A stretch of 64,000 bases of DNA from an uncultured Gammaproteobacteria bacterium (GTDB lineage Bacteria > Patescibacteriota > Microgenomatia > UBA10105 > UBA927), in contig CAYGFH010000001.1 of assembly GCA_964349125.1 (NCBI GenBank), forward strand, positions 459,502-523,501, in the 5' to 3' direction. The notes under the pieces are model-generated. The model was not told where the DNA came from, searched no databases, and saw only the letters and a list, made by a program, of their open reading frames with translations. Position 1 is the first letter of the stretch. Each line of letters starts with the position of its first letter. Made by a program: the position numbers and the translations under genes. Below, in pieces: positions 1 to 10,530 of this stretch.

Positions 1-9
1 AAATTGCAA

Positions 10-2949
10 TTAACTCCATGCTTCGCAGATCAGACGGAATTCGCAAAAATCACAGTGCTTTCCGGGCGTTGGCGCAAAATTGCTTCGCGTAATATCCTCT
101 ATCGTTTGGGCAACTTCTTTCTTTGCCTCTTCTATTTGTAGAGCGGAGCGTGTTGCCGATACTTTTTCCTGGCCTTCCAAAAAATAAAATGATACGAGCA
201 CCTGTTCTGGTTTCTTCTTATAGACGCCTTCCTGTGCTGCGCTCATCGCGTAAATCGTCAACTGCGGATCTTTCGATACATCGCGTGTCTTTGTGGCTTG
301 CCCGGTTTTATAATCTATGATTTCTATCGTCCCATCTTCATGCGTGTCAATCCGATCTATCTTCCCGCCCAATGTCACCTCGGGAGTGATTTTTATCTTA
401 AACGGTTCCTCAATCGCTGTCGGGATAACACCGGGTGAGTACCCTTTATCATAAAACTCCCGAAGCAAGTCCACGCCGTGAGCTTTCATTTTTTCCTCAT
501 ACTGTTTGTTCCCATAACCCAACGAAACCCACTGGTTGGTATAGATGGTAAGTAAATCATCTACCGTCGGGGTCTCTCTGTTTTTAACCCGCGTATAGAA
601 CGCCTGCAATGTTTTGTGCACAACATCACCGAACGATAATGCGGCGCTGGTAGGAGCGGGAATTTTTATCACGTATCGGTACTTATATTGAAGCGGACAT
701 GTTTGGAAGCTGGAAAGTTGTGAATAGGATATATAAGAAATATGTTGCTTTATTTTTTGCAAATCGCTGACTTCCTCATCCTGTTTAAAATCCAAAAAGC
801 TCAGCTGCGAGGAAGCATGTTGTGAATAGAGGACTTCAGGTATGGTTGCCAGTTCCCCGATTGCTTCATAGATAAACGGTGATAATTTCTTTACCCGTTT
901 CCCCTCTCCATAATATTTTGCCGCGGTGAGGTACAGATGATCACGTGCCCTCGTCATTCCTACATAAAATAACCGTCGCTCTTCCTGTGTGTGGATGTCC
1001 CCTGTTGTAGGAATTTCTTTCATGAGCTCTTCGGGAACGGGGATTTGTTCTTTGCGCTCTGTACTGGGAAACCGTTGGGAAACCAGATTGACAAGAAATA
1101 CGATCGGAAACTCTAGGCCTTTTGATGAGTGAATCGTCATAATGCGCACCGCATTGTCCAGAGACCAATCTGTGTCTGACGCCATCGGAGATTCTCCGAG
1201 CTGCATGGACATATCAATCCAATCTACAATCGTAAAAACGCTTGCATCGTCATGTTCCGATTCATATGTTTTCAGTTTTCCGAAAAACTTGGAGATGTTC
1301 AGCGCAACTGTCTCATCTTTCGTGTTTGCATACTGCGCGAGCGACTGCAATAATCCTGTCTTTTCCAGAAACGAGTAGAGTATCTGACCTGCTGTATCTT
1401 TTTTTAACTTTCCCAGATGCTCGTGAATCATGTGCACAAGTGATTGTATTTGTATTGTTGTCTGATCACCCACGGAAGGCTTTGGTACAGAAGAAATTGT
1501 GACATCCCGAGATATCAACTCGCACACCTCAAACAGAGATAACCCATATTTTTTTGCGGCGTTAGATATAACAGCAACGTCTCGACTTGGTAGTTTCAAC
1601 CAGTCCATAACAAGGACACGATACATTGCGATGTTATCCTCAAAATTGTATAGCACTTTAAGATACGCTATCAGGTCCTTCACTTCGGGTTTTCTGTACA
1701 ATTGTCCCGGCCCCAAAAATTGATACGGGATCCCTGCACGGGATAGTGCACGGGAAAATGGTTCTGCATGCGCGTTAGCTCTGACAAGTATGGCGACATC
1801 GCTCCATTGGTACGTATGGGGATCTGAGGTCTCTATGAGTCGCTTAATTGCCAGTGCCACAAGTTCCGCTTCATACTCAACCCTCTCGGCGTACAATACA
1901 TCTATAGGTGTCCCATTCACCCGTCTCATACTTTCCAGTTTTTTGTCTATGTTTTCCGCCACCTCTAGGCGATCGGGATTATTTTTCTGAATCAAATCAT
2001 AAGAACGGTCAAGAATCTCTTTTGTGGAGCGGTAGTTTTTTGTCAAAACGACAATGGCAGTTTTTGGAAACGTTGCTCGAAACTGAATCATGTTCGATAC
2101 TGCAGCCCCACGCCATCTATACACTGCCTGATCATCATCTCCCACCACCGTGATGTTTTTCTTTTTCCCCGCAAGCAGCACCGCAAGTGAGTTTTGTGCA
2201 AAGTTTGTATCCTGAAATTCGTCTATAAGAATATACGTAAACTGTTCTTGGTATTGCTTCAATATGTGCGGTCTTTTTTTAAAGACGGTAAGCGTATGAG
2301 AGATGAGATCTGAATAGTCAGCAACACCTTCCTGAATTTTTAATTCTTCGTACTTTTGGTAGGCGCCCGCCAACTCTGTATACATATCTAACTCCTGTTT
2401 TTCCTCATCTGTAAGCTTTGCTTTTCTTTTTCGTTTCTCAATCCATTCAGTGTACTGTGACGGGGACACTTCTTCGTCCTTTAAACGGCTAAAGTGTTGT
2501 ATCATCCCTCCAATAAATTTATTTGGATTCCCAAGCGGGCGAAAATTTTTGAGATGAAACGAGTGGATATGCTTTCGGAAAAACAATATGGCATCAGCCT
2601 CACTCATGAGAATATATCCGGGATTAACACCGATGTGTATGGCTTCGCTTCGGAGTATCCTGTCACAAAACGCGTGGAATGTGGAAATCCACATCTGTGT
2701 TATGCCATAGGGCATCGCCTTATCCACCCGCTCCTCCATCTCGCGAGCGGCTTTTTCCGTAAATGTGAGGGCCAGAATTTCCTGTGGTTTTGCTAAATTA
2801 CCGGCAATCAGGTATTTGATGCGTTCGGTAATTACGGTTGTTTTTCCGGTTCCTGCCCCGGCAATGATCATAAGCGGTCCTTTGCCATGCTCCACCGCTT
2901 TTTTCTGCTCGGCGTTTAACTGGCGATTATCTACAGATACGTTTGTCAC
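10..2949 (-). CDS. UvrD/PcrA-family SF1 helicase fused to a C-terminal PD-(D/E)XK (AddB/Cas4-like, 4-Cys) nuclease domain
   Basis: N-terminal Walker A 'IIAGAGTGKTT' and UvrD-type helicase motifs over ~650 aa; C-terminal ~250 aa carries Cys cluster 'QTCP ... HCDFCEFRLIC' (C-x2-C-x5-C plus an upstream Cys) typical of Fe-S PD-(D/E)XK nucleases. Confidence 0.85.
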   Translation of the reverse strand: MTNVSVDNRQLNAEQKKAVEHGKGPLMIIAGAGTGKTTVITERIKYLIAGNLAKPQEILALTFTEKAAREMEERVDKAMPYGITQMWISTFHAFCDRILRSEAIHIGVNPGYILMSEADAILFFRKHIHSFHLKNFRPLGNPNKFIGGMIQHFSRLKDEEVSPSQYTEWIEKRKRKAKLTDEEKQELDMYTELAGAYQKYEELKIQEGVADYSDLISHTLTVFKKRPHILKQYQEQFTYILIDEFQDTNFAQNSLAVLLAGKKKNITVVGDDDQAVYRWRGAAVSNMIQFRATFPKTAIVVLTKNYRSTKEILDRSYDLIQKNNPDRLEVAENIDKKLESMRRVNGTPIDVLYAERVEYEAELVALAIKRLIETSDPHTYQWSDVAILVRANAHAEPFSRALSRAGIPYQFLGPGQLYRKPEVKDLIAYLKVLYNFEDNIAMYRVLVMDWLKLPSRDVAVISNAAKKYGLSLFEVCELISRDVTISSVPKPSVGDQTTIQIQSLVHMIHEHLGKLKKDTAGQILYSFLEKTGLLQSLAQYANTKDETVALNISKFFGKLKTYESEHDDASVFTIVDWIDMSMQLGESPMASDTDWSLDNAVRIMTIHSSKGLEFPIVFLVNLVSQRFPSTERKEQIPVPEELMKEIPTTGDIHTQEERRLFYVGMTRARDHLYLTAAKYYGEGKRVKKLSPFIYEAIGELATIPEVLYSQHASSQLSFLDFKQDEEVSDLQKIKQHISYISYSQLSSFQTCPLQYKYRYVIKIPAPTSAALSFGDVVHKTLQAFYTRVKNRETPTVDDLLTIYTNQWVSLGYGNKQYEEKMKAHGVDLLREFYDKGYSPGVIPTAIEEPFKIKITPEVTLGGKIDRIDTHEDGTIEIIDYKTGQATKTRDVSKDPQLTIYAMSAAQEGVYKKKPEQVLVSFYFLEGQEKVSATRSALQIEEAKKEVAQTIEDITRSNFAPTPGKHCDFCEFRLICEAWS

Positions 2950-2970
2950 AATAAATTAGGTAAAAAAACA

Positions 2971-3507
2971 CTATGTAATAAGACTCAATAATAGAGGGAA
3001 TTCAACATATCCATCTCTTGCCATAAAATGACCAGCATTCGAGACAGCAACAAATGTCGCATCGAGCCTCATTGCTAATTTTTTTGACTTCTCAAAATCG
3101 ATCCATGGATCAGTCGTGGAGTTTATGATCGTAATTGGCACACTCTTTTTTTTAATACGTTCGTAATCGAATCCCTGTTCAAAAAATGTGATATGAAATT
3201 CACGAACGCTTTCAAGCAACCAGTCCCAAGCTGCAACACAAAATACTCCGCGTATTCGTACATCTGTTTGCTCTATGAATTTAAGGAGTAATGCATTCGA
3301 TAATGAGTGTCCTATAAGTACGGTATTCTCGTCTGGTGATAGCGACTTCAACGTATCCATCCATTCAGATAATTTTGGTTCTTTTGTATTTGGCATTTCA
3401 GGCACATCAACTCGCCAGCCATTCAATTCCAATTTTTCTTTTAACCACGGTAGCCATTGCCCGCTCGGGTTTTCTTCCCATGCATGAATAATAATTGCCC
3501 GTTTCAT
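2971..3507 (-). CDS. alpha/beta-fold serine hydrolase, RBBP9/YdeN-like
   Basis: 178 aa, 'LIGHSLS' nucleophile-elbow (GxSxG-like) motif, size and layout of YdeN/RBBP9 hydrolases. Confidence 0.6.
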   Translation of the reverse strand: MKRAIIIHAWEENPSGQWLPWLKEKLELNGWRVDVPEMPNTKEPKLSEWMDTLKSLSPDENTVLIGHSLSNALLLKFIEQTDVRIRGVFCVAAWDWLLESVREFHITFFEQGFDYERIKKKSVPITIINSTTDPWIDFEKSKKLAMRLDATFVAVSNAGHFMARDGYVEFPLLLSLIT

Positions 3508-3512
3508 ACTAT

Positions 3513-4541
3513 TTATTCTTTTGGTTCTATCAAAATCTCACTAGTATCTTTTGAACTATTGATCTTCTGACCTAAGACCTGGAACCCACCACTGAGCGTA
3601 CCAAATGCATTATATGCATTTCCCACATGCTTTCCAAGCACACCAAACTGTTCATTTATTTTTTCATAATCTTTCTGGATGGCACGGAATAATCGGAATA
3701 ATTCTCGTGATTTTTGTTCCATCTCTTTCCCCTGATAGCTTAATAACAGCACTTGGAGATGCGCATACAGGGTGTTTGGAGAAACAGGATAAACGCGTTC
3801 TTTTCTTGCGTACTCCATAAGGTCATTCATATTGGCGATATCGTAATACACCGATTCAGAGGGAATATACATCAGTGCAAAGTCCATAGTCCCTTCCTCA
3901 GGAAGTATATATTTTTTGCTGATATCACTTATGTGTTTTTTTACATCGGATATAAAATCTTTTTTGGCACTGGATCGTATCACCTCTGTTTCCCCTCCAT
4001 GCATACGGGTGAAATTCTCCATCGGAAATTTTGAATCTATACACAACAGTCCTGCATCAGTTTTGAGTACCGCATCGACTTTCATACCGGATTTAAATGC
4101 ATATTGCATATGAAATGAATTTTTCGGAAATGATTGTCCAATCATATCCTTCAGCACCTGTTCACCAATGTTTCCCCGAAGTTTCGGCGACTGTAGAAAC
4201 TCCTGCAGTGATTTTATTCCTTTTCCCATTTCCGACATCTCCCCCACATGAGTGTTGAGCGCTCCGATCACCCTAGCGGCTTCGTCCAACCGTTCGTTTA
4301 ACTGTTTCGTATTATTCTGCAATGTACGGGTCATTTCGCTTGTCGAACCCCGCATTGCTTCATTCAGCGTCTTATTGGTCACCTGTATCGTTCCCTGCAT
4401 CGATTTGAGCCATTCAATAAGCGCTGCATCATCAGGTTTTTTGAGATTTGTTAGCTCCTTCTTTATACTCCAACCCAGAAATATAAATCCGATAATAAGC
4501 GCAAGTAATATGAGTATGAGGTCAGGTTGCATAGCTACCAC
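3513..4541 (-). CDS. rmuC: DNA recombination protein RmuC
   Basis: N-terminal TM helix, long coiled-coil region, then 'KLRGNIGEQVL' and a C-terminal nuclease-like domain as in the RmuC family. Confidence 0.8.
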   Translation of the reverse strand: MVAMQPDLILILLALIIGFIFLGWSIKKELTNLKKPDDAALIEWLKSMQGTIQVTNKTLNEAMRGSTSEMTRTLQNNTKQLNERLDEAARVIGALNTHVGEMSEMGKGIKSLQEFLQSPKLRGNIGEQVLKDMIGQSFPKNSFHMQYAFKSGMKVDAVLKTDAGLLCIDSKFPMENFTRMHGGETEVIRSSAKKDFISDVKKHISDISKKYILPEEGTMDFALMYIPSESVYYDIANMNDLMEYARKERVYPVSPNTLYAHLQVLLLSYQGKEMEQKSRELFRLFRAIQKDYEKINEQFGVLGKHVGNAYNAFGTLSGGFQVLGQKINSSKDTSEILIEPKE

Positions 4542-4597
4542 ACAATATCATATCAGGAGGCTTACAACAATCAAAAACGATATCTGTTACTACATAT

Positions 4598-4951
4598 ATG
4601 GATAGACGCTATAATAGAGATATGTTGCAGCGGTTTTCGTATAAATTCCAGTCTCAGATAAACGTACTATGGTTGCTATTAGCAATAACAGGAATAAGCG
4701 CAGTAGGATGGATGATGCACTCCGTATATCCAGGTTCACCAATCATTATATCCATTCTCTTTTTTTTGGTTGCCATAACGGTTTTTAGCGGACTCTATTA
4801 TCTGACAAATAATCTCAGACGTTCTATCATGCTTTGTAGTGGGGTACTTATCTTTCTCTTCCTTCGTCTCATCGGCTTGCACGATGTGTACTATATCGCG
4901 CTCCTTGGAGGTTGTATTTTTTCCCTTGAGCTCTACTTTCAAAAACGCTAG
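4598..4951 (+). CDS. small 4-TM membrane protein, unknown function
   Basis: 117 aa with four clear hydrophobic helices; ends 10 nt before metG on the same strand; the overlapping antisense ORF 4736-5071 runs into the metG start. Confidence 0.45.
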   Translation: MDRRYNRDMLQRFSYKFQSQINVLWLLLAITGISAVGWMMHSVYPGSPIIISILFFLVAITVFSGLYYLTNNLRRSIMLCSGVLIFLFLRLIGLHDVYYIALLGGCIFSLELYFQKR

Positions 4952-4960
4952 AATGAGCAT

Positions 4961-6454
4961 ATGAACGCGAAAAAATTCTATGTCACCTGTGCAATCCCCT
5001 ATGTAAACGCCGCCCCGCATATCGGTCATGCGCTCGAATTTATACAAGGTGATGTCATAGCCAGATATCATGCGTTATTGGGTGAGGAAACGCTTCTTTT
5101 GTCCGGAGGAGATGAAAACGCTCTGAAAAATGTACAGGCAGCGGAAAAAGCTGGACTCCCGCTTCAGGAATTTATCGATACCAATACAGATAAATTCCAT
5201 ACGCTTACCAACGCCCTTGGTTGTCGGTTTGACGTGTGGCAAAAAGGCAGTGATACCGACCATCATTTTAAAGCAAGTCAAAAGTTGTGGAACCTCTGTA
5301 AAAAAGATGATATTTACAGCAAGTCATACGAAGGCCTGTACTGCGTCGGGTGCGAGACCTTCTATGCACAGGATGAACTAAATGACAACGGTGAGTGTTT
5401 TGAACATCCCGGCAAAAAATTGGAGTCAGTCAAAGAAACAAATTATTTTTTCCGCCTTAGTGACTACCAAAAAGATATCCTTAGGATACTTGAAACGGGA
5501 CAATTGAAGATTGTACCGGAGAAACGGAAAAATGAGGTTATAGCATTTGTGAAACGTGGACTTGATGATATAAGTATTTCCAGAAGTAATGCGCGGGCAA
5601 AAAACTGGGGAGTCCCGGTTCCGGGAGATGACACGCAGCGCATGTATGTATGGTTCGATGCACTCAATATTTATCAAAGTGGTGTGGGATTTGGATGGGA
5701 TGAAGAAAAATACAATACATGGTGGCCTGCTGATGTCCATGTGATAGGAAAAGGCATAACACGTTTTCACGCGGTGTATTGGCCGGCGTTTCTTCTCTCC
5801 GCGGGACTACAACTGCCGAAAGCAATATTTGTCCATGAATACTTCACTGTGAATGGACAAAAGATGAGTAAGACGCTTGGCAATGTTATTGATCCGATTT
5901 CCCTTATAGAAAAATATGGAGCAGAACCGCTCAGGTATTATTTCCTGGCAAAATTCTCACCGTTTAACGACGGTGACTTCTCCGAGGATGAATTTAAAAA
6001 AGTGTATAACGCGGATCTGGCAAACGGATTGGGTAATCTTGTTGCACGTGTAGCGAAGTTATGTGAGAGTTTGCCGCAGAATTATGCGGTACACGAACTG
6101 CGCACCGCATTCGATACAGATGCACACAAAGGAAGATCAGCCACTTTATCCGAATACGAAAAGAAATTTGAAGACGCTATGAATCGATTTGCATTTAATG
6201 ACGCACTCTCATCATTATGGGAAGAAATAAAGAAACTGGATGCGGAGATATCCGACGTAAAGCCGTGGGAGTATGCAAAAAAGCCGGAACGGATAAAAGA
6301 GATTCAGGCATTCTTAGTATCTACAGTAGCCACGATAAAAAAGATAGCCACACATCTCAAGCCATTCATGCCCATTACCGCACAGAAAATTATTGAACAA
6401 TTTAGCGGACCGACCATAGCGTCACAAACTCCGTTGTTCCCGCGCATCTCATAA
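4961..6454 (+). CDS. metG: methionyl-tRNA synthetase (short form)
   Basis: Class I HIGH motif 'PHIGHA', KMSKS motif 'KMSKT', Zn-knuckle 'CVGCETF', MetRS-specific sequence throughout. Confidence 0.95.
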   Translation: MNAKKFYVTCAIPYVNAAPHIGHALEFIQGDVIARYHALLGEETLLLSGGDENALKNVQAAEKAGLPLQEFIDTNTDKFHTLTNALGCRFDVWQKGSDTDHHFKASQKLWNLCKKDDIYSKSYEGLYCVGCETFYAQDELNDNGECFEHPGKKLESVKETNYFFRLSDYQKDILRILETGQLKIVPEKRKNEVIAFVKRGLDDISISRSNARAKNWGVPVPGDDTQRMYVWFDALNIYQSGVGFGWDEEKYNTWWPADVHVIGKGITRFHAVYWPAFLLSAGLQLPKAIFVHEYFTVNGQKMSKTLGNVIDPISLIEKYGAEPLRYYFLAKFSPFNDGDFSEDEFKKVYNADLANGLGNLVARVAKLCESLPQNYAVHELRTAFDTDAHKGRSATLSEYEKKFEDAMNRFAFNDALSSLWEEIKKLDAEISDVKPWEYAKKPERIKEIQAFLVSTVATIKKIATHLKPFMPITAQKIIEQFSGPTIASQTPLFPRIS

Positions 6455-6482
6455 TTCGGTTTACGAATGTACGGATAACTAT

Positions 6483-7262
6483 ATGTATATAGATACCCAT
6501 TGTCATTTGCAATTTGAACAATACAACGGTGACAGGAATACTGTGCTTCGTGATGCCCTTAAAGCGGGAGTGACCCAGTTCATTGTCCCTGCTGTCGACC
6601 CATTATCCTGTACGCTCGCACTTGATCTCGCCAAAGAGCATCCAGGAGTCGTCTATGCAAGCATCGGGTACCATCCATATGAAGCATCACATGCACCGGA
6701 TATAAGATATCTGGAAACACTCATACAACACCATAGACAGTCAATCGTGGCAATCGGAGAGATAGGACTCGATTATCACCTGTTTAAAGGAGAGCAAGCG
6801 CTCGGAAAAAAACAGGAACAAAAACAGTTTTTCGAGGATCAACTCCATCTCGCAGCATCACACAAATTACCCGTTATCATGCACTGTCGTGATGCATATG
6901 AAGATTTTTTTTCTGTACTAGATTCACTTCCGGCACTACCACACGGCGTTATACATTGTTTCTCAGGCGGGTTGCAGGAACTCAGGTTTGCAAAAGAGAG
7001 GAATTTATTTGTCGGCATAGATGGAAATATCACGTATGCAAAAAATCTTCAGGCGACGCTTCTTCACATACCATTGCCCATGATGCTCCTGGAAACAGAT
7101 TCTCCCTACCTTACTCCTTTACCGCACAGAGGTCAGAGAAATGAGCCAAAACATATTCCCCTTATCGCCGCACATATCGCCATGAGCATCAATGCCGATG
7201 TGGGACAGGTGGCATCGCAAACGACAGCCAACGCAAAACTCCTCTTTGAAATATACGTGTAA
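6483..7262 (+). CDS. tatD: TatD-family metal-dependent deoxyribonuclease
   Basis: 'IDTHCHL' N-terminal metal-binding motif, TIM-barrel hydrolase signature; classic metG-tatD adjacency. Confidence 0.9.
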   Translation: MYIDTHCHLQFEQYNGDRNTVLRDALKAGVTQFIVPAVDPLSCTLALDLAKEHPGVVYASIGYHPYEASHAPDIRYLETLIQHHRQSIVAIGEIGLDYHLFKGEQALGKKQEQKQFFEDQLHLAASHKLPVIMHCRDAYEDFFSVLDSLPALPHGVIHCFSGGLQELRFAKERNLFVGIDGNITYAKNLQATLLHIPLPMMLLETDSPYLTPLPHRGQRNEPKHIPLIAAHIAMSINADVGQVASQTTANAKLLFEIYV

Positions 7263-7306
7263 TCATGAAATGATATAATAGAATAGTATTTCCCGAGACC
7301 GCCATT

Positions 7307-8788
7307 ATGCGCCGTTTTTTAGCACTCTATCCTGAGAAGTCCACAAGACTTCTTGAAATATTTATCCCGAGTCTTTCGTGGCTGCTTATCACAATGCCGC
7401 TGTGGCTGTCATTTTGGCATCCCGCACTCGTAGCCTATCTGATTATCACGTTTGACATATACTGGTTCTATAAATCATTCACCCTCGGCATTCACGCAAT
7501 ACGATCATTTGTCACCATGAATGCGCATGTAAAAATTGACTGGCTCACATTGGCGAGAATCCAGGATAGGTTTGACGATTTGCACCATATAATTATAATT
7601 CCTGAGTACAAAGAACCGATGCATATTCTCGAGCGCACACTCGATAACCTGATGAACCAGGACTATCCAAAAGAGAAAATCATCGTGGTACTGGCCACAG
7701 AACAAAAAGATACTGATTCGGCAAGTACGATCAAAACACTTGAACAGAAATATGGTAAACACTTCGGACGGTTCGTCGGGACCACGCACACCTTGAAAAC
7801 CGGTGAAGTCGTGGGGAAATCTTCAAACATGGCGCATGCGGCACGTGAAGTGTATGAGATGTGTAAAAAATGGAATATCAATCCTGAATTCACTACGGTC
7901 ACATCATGTGATGCGGATGCGCTGATACATCCGAAATATTTCTCTTATATGGCACACTCGTTCTTATCTGATCCAAACCGGAAGTATAACTTCTATCAGG
8001 GAGCCGTACTTTTTTATAATAATATTTGGCGCATTCCCCTCCCAAGCCGTGTTGTAAACACAATGTTCAGCATTGCAAACCTTTCGATGCTCTCCCAAAA
8101 AAGCAAACTTATCAATTTCTCCACTTATTCACTCTGTCTTCAAACCGCGAAAGATGCCGGGTTTTGGGGCGTTGATGTAATCCCCGAGGACTATCATATG
8201 TTTTTCCAGGTGTACTTCACCTATGGAGAACGTGTCAAAGTTCAAAGTATTTTTTTGCCACTCTTAATGGATTCCGCTGAAAGCCACGGCTTCTGGAAAA
8301 CCATGATAAATCAGTATGAACAATCCAAGAGATGGGCATGGGGCATCTCCGATATCCCGTATGTGATAAAAAATGCAGTGCTGCACACGGAAATATCAGC
8401 ATTGGACAGAAGCAGAAAAGTGCTTCATCTATTGGAGCAGCATGTATTTTGGCCTTCAAATTGGTTTATCCTTACCATAGGAAGCGTTATCCCACCACTC
8501 GTAAACCCGGCATTTAGCCGTACGGTATTAGGACATAATTTGTCACAGCTATCGTCAGGGATACTTACTCTGTCAATGACATTCATGTTGGTAATCATCA
8601 TTTTGGATGCCAGAACAAAACCGCCGAGGCCCAAGGAATTTTCTGCATGGAAACTGCCATTTCTCTACTTACAGTGGTTATCGTTGCCGATAGTTTCGTT
8701 TTTTCTGAACGCATTACCGGGACTAGATGCGCATACAAGAATGATACTTGGGAAGCGATTGGAATACCGTGTCACGGAAAAGGTATAA
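7307..8788 (+). CDS. membrane-embedded processive family-2 glycosyltransferase (CesA/NodC/HAS-like)
   Basis: N-terminal TM helices, 'DAD' motif ('TSCDADALI') and processive-GT2 'QxxRW' motif ('EQSKRWAWG'), further TM helices at the C-terminus. Confidence 0.75.
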   Translation: MRRFLALYPEKSTRLLEIFIPSLSWLLITMPLWLSFWHPALVAYLIITFDIYWFYKSFTLGIHAIRSFVTMNAHVKIDWLTLARIQDRFDDLHHIIIIPEYKEPMHILERTLDNLMNQDYPKEKIIVVLATEQKDTDSASTIKTLEQKYGKHFGRFVGTTHTLKTGEVVGKSSNMAHAAREVYEMCKKWNINPEFTTVTSCDADALIHPKYFSYMAHSFLSDPNRKYNFYQGAVLFYNNIWRIPLPSRVVNTMFSIANLSMLSQKSKLINFSTYSLCLQTAKDAGFWGVDVIPEDYHMFFQVYFTYGERVKVQSIFLPLLMDSAESHGFWKTMINQYEQSKRWAWGISDIPYVIKNAVLHTEISALDRSRKVLHLLEQHVFWPSNWFILTIGSVIPPLVNPAFSRTVLGHNLSQLSSGILTLSMTFMLVIIILDARTKPPRPKEFSAWKLPFLYLQWLSLPIVSFFLNALPGLDAHTRMILGKRLEYRVTEKV

Positions 8789-8802
8789 TAAATAGACCAC
8801 GT

Positions 8803-10152
8803 ATGATTGACGCGATCTTTAGTTCTGCACCACTAATATATCTGACTCAAAGCGTTTGGAGAGATGAGGCGTATTCCATACTCATCGCACAAACGCCAAT
8901 CAGTACCTATTTTCAACTGAGCTTTGAGCCCCCACTGTATTACACTCTCCTTCACTTTTGGATACAGATTTTCGGGACTTCGGAAGTCGCCGTCAGAAGT
9001 CTTTCTGTGTTTGCTTTTTTTATTGCCATATTCTTTGTCGCAAAATTAGCTCTAAAATTATTTGGAAAAAGTTGGGTATCTTGGTATTTACCTGTATTTT
9101 TCGCACTGAACCCAATGCTTTTGTACTACGCATTTGAAGCGCGATCGTACGGCTTATATATCGCTTTTACGGTGATGTCCACCTATTTTTATCTGGAAAA
9201 AAAGTGGCTCTGGTACACAATCACCTCAACGCTTGGTCTATACACACACGCATACATGGTATTTGTACTTCTCACCCAGGCAATTCATTATCTGTCCACA
9301 CAGGTACGGTATAGATACATACATATAAATAAATTTCTTCGTGACCCGATGGTTTTATCTTGTTTTGCTATACTCCTTTTATACAGTCCATGGCTCACAA
9401 AAATGTATCTGGATATACCGCGGCTCAAGCAGTCATGGTATTTCCCGGTGGATATGCAGCTATTTAAATCGGTGCTGGGAAATATTTTTTTAGGATACGA
9501 AGGAACTCCGTGGAATCTTTGGAAGTTTACCGCCCGCATTTCTGTAGTCATATTTTTCATTACCATGGGCAGTATGCTACGTAAACACAACAGATCTTTG
9601 TCATGGTACTTTCTCATACTTCTCTACTTGCCACTTTTCGTTATACTTGCGGCTTCAGTCTACAAACCGTTGTATGTCATGCGATATATGATACCTTCGA
9701 CTATTGCCCAAATAATGCTTATAGGTATAGCTCTTCATGCAATATCTAACAGACTTCTACAGAAATTCGTCGGAGCGAGCATGCTGTGCTTTGTTATCGG
9801 TTTTTCAATCTGGAATACTCAACATCATAAGAAGATAGATATGAGAAATATATTGGCACAGATTAATGCACTCCAGAGAGAACGTGATGTCATCTTGGTG
9901 GACGATGCGCTCATACTCTATGAAACAATGTACTACAATTCCTCAAATTCACCAGTTTACTGGTATAATCCACGTGGAGATGCATTCCCATGGTATATCG
10001 GAGATCATATTATTACAGAGTCGCAAATAGTCAAAGATGTCCCTCCGTATCCGCAGCGAGGATTTCTTATACATCTTGATGGAACATATAGTATTGTATA
10101 TAACGCACCAATATCTAGAAAACAACCCGGGTATAAAAATCAACAACTATGA
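8803..10152 (+). CDS. GT-C fold glycosyltransferase (GT39/ArnT/PMT_2-like; polyprenyl-phosphate-sugar dependent)
   Basis: ~450 aa polytopic membrane protein with the N-terminal loop pattern of ArnT/PMT family. Start moved to the ATG at 8803, just after the stop of the GT2 gene, because the longer track ORF from 8647 overlaps that gene by 140 nt. Confidence 0.7.
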   Translation: MIDAIFSSAPLIYLTQSVWRDEAYSILIAQTPISTYFQLSFEPPLYYTLLHFWIQIFGTSEVAVRSLSVFAFFIAIFFVAKLALKLFGKSWVSWYLPVFFALNPMLLYYAFEARSYGLYIAFTVMSTYFYLEKKWLWYTITSTLGLYTHAYMVFVLLTQAIHYLSTQVRYRYIHINKFLRDPMVLSCFAILLLYSPWLTKMYLDIPRLKQSWYFPVDMQLFKSVLGNIFLGYEGTPWNLWKFTARISVVIFFITMGSMLRKHNRSLSWYFLILLYLPLFVILAASVYKPLYVMRYMIPSTIAQIMLIGIALHAISNRLLQKFVGASMLCFVIGFSIWNTQHHKKIDMRNILAQINALQRERDVILVDDALILYETMYYNSSNSPVYWYNPRGDAFPWYIGDHIITESQIVKDVPPYPQRGFLIHLDGTYSIVYNAPISRKQPGYKNQQL

Positions 10153-10526
10153 AATTTCTTTTTATAAGTAAACCACAGCAGGAATGGATACTTATTCGGA
10201 CAAACTGGCTTATCCAAGTAAGCCATAAATTCGTAGCGCTTCTGGCTGTTGCTTCTATCATCATGATTGCTGTGTATTGGAAAATGCTTCCTCCACTCGT
10301 ACCTCTGTGGTATTCACGCCCGTGGGGATCTGATCAACTCGCCACTCCAATATTTCTGTTTTTCCTTCCTATATCTAGCATTACCATACATCTTATTAAC
10401 CTGGCGTTTGCGATGTATATAACAACTGAGTATCTGGTGTTCACACAGTCGCTATTTCTCTCATCACTCATCGTTTCGTTACTGTCGTTTATCGCCGTGA
10501 TAAAAATTATTTTTCTCGTCGTGTGA
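10149..10526 (+). CDS. small multi-TM membrane protein, unknown function
   Basis: 125 aa, 3-4 hydrophobic helices; 4-nt ATGA overlap with the upstream GT-C gene suggests translational coupling in the glycan operon. Confidence 0.5.
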   Translation: MKFLFISKPQQEWILIRTNWLIQVSHKFVALLAVASIIMIAVYWKMLPPLVPLWYSRPWGSDQLATPIFLFFLPISSITIHLINLAFAMYITTEYLVFTQSLFLSSLIVSLLSFIAVIKIIFLVV

Positions 10527-10530
10527 TTAT

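Noticed and set aside
4736-5071. 111-aa - strand ORF between rmuC and metG
   Set aside because: It overlaps the metG start and is antisense to a 4-TM membrane protein ORF that fits the + strand operon structure.
8647-8802. Upstream extension of the GT-C gene (track ORF starts at 8647)
   Set aside because: It would overlap the GT2 gene by 140 nt. The ATG at 8803 sits right after the GT2 stop, and the hydrophobic GT-C sequence begins there.
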